Of a stretch of DNA of 25,040 bases, positions 24,991 through 25,040 are shown piece after piece; within the stretch, counting starts at the first letter, position 1; every line of letters begins with the position of its first letter. The stretch covers positions 272 through 25,311 of the forward strand of contig DAIDTV010000001.1 of the NCBI GenBank assembly GCA_027457005.1, given 5' to 3'. The DNA comes from Chloroflexota bacterium. GTDB lineage: Bacteria > Chloroflexota > Limnocylindria > Limnocylindrales > CSP1-4. A program made the translations under genes and the position numbers. Under the pieces are notes generated by a model that had not been told where the DNA came from, ran no database searches, and saw only the letters and a list, made by a program, of their open reading frames with translations.

Positions 24991-25040
24991 TGGCTCGTGC
25001 TCGAGCTCACCCACTCGGCGGTGATGCTCGGCACCGTGAC
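24972..25040 (+). other. Inverted N-terminal fragment of the adjacent MFS gene
   Basis: Plus-frame codons from 24973 read QAVAQSWLVLELTHSAVMLGTVT. The junction GCAGGCGGTCG (24972-24982) reads QAV on plus and DRL on minus. Confidence 0.75.

Overview
Very GC-rich bacterial chromosomal window, densely coding, with no transposase, integrase, phage or CRISPR signal. The gene style suggests a high-GC Chloroflexota (e.g. Limnocylindria-like) or Actinomycetota genome, but this is inference only. In order: a MerR-HTH/ArsC fusion cut off by the left edge (missing from the ORF track), DUF1684, a two-domain sulfurtransferase, PaaI thioesterase, ICMT/PEMT-family methyltransferase, nucleoside hydrolase, psuG, an ECF sigma/anti-sigma pair, an RlpA-like DPBB protein, an MFS transporter, tRNA-Gln(CUG), vapBC, glnS, PRC-barrel-like, DUF2277 and VOC proteins, a two-component system, MarR with two tandem 14-TMS MFS paralogs, a cytidylate-kinase-like protein, an SDR/epimerase and a final MFS gene broken by an inversion. 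The most notable unannotated signals are: (1) a complete-looking cysteine leader-peptide attenuator upstream of the sulfurtransferase; (2) a MerR-ArsC fusion driven by its own 19-bp-spacer MerR-type promoter, with an internal ribosome-binding site; (3) a sensor kinase with no stop codon that runs in frame into a VOC enzyme; (4) vapBC between tRNA-Gln and glnS, next to rearranged copies of the tRNA anticodon arm; (5) a micro-inversion in the last MFS gene; (6) pervasive leaderless gene starts.
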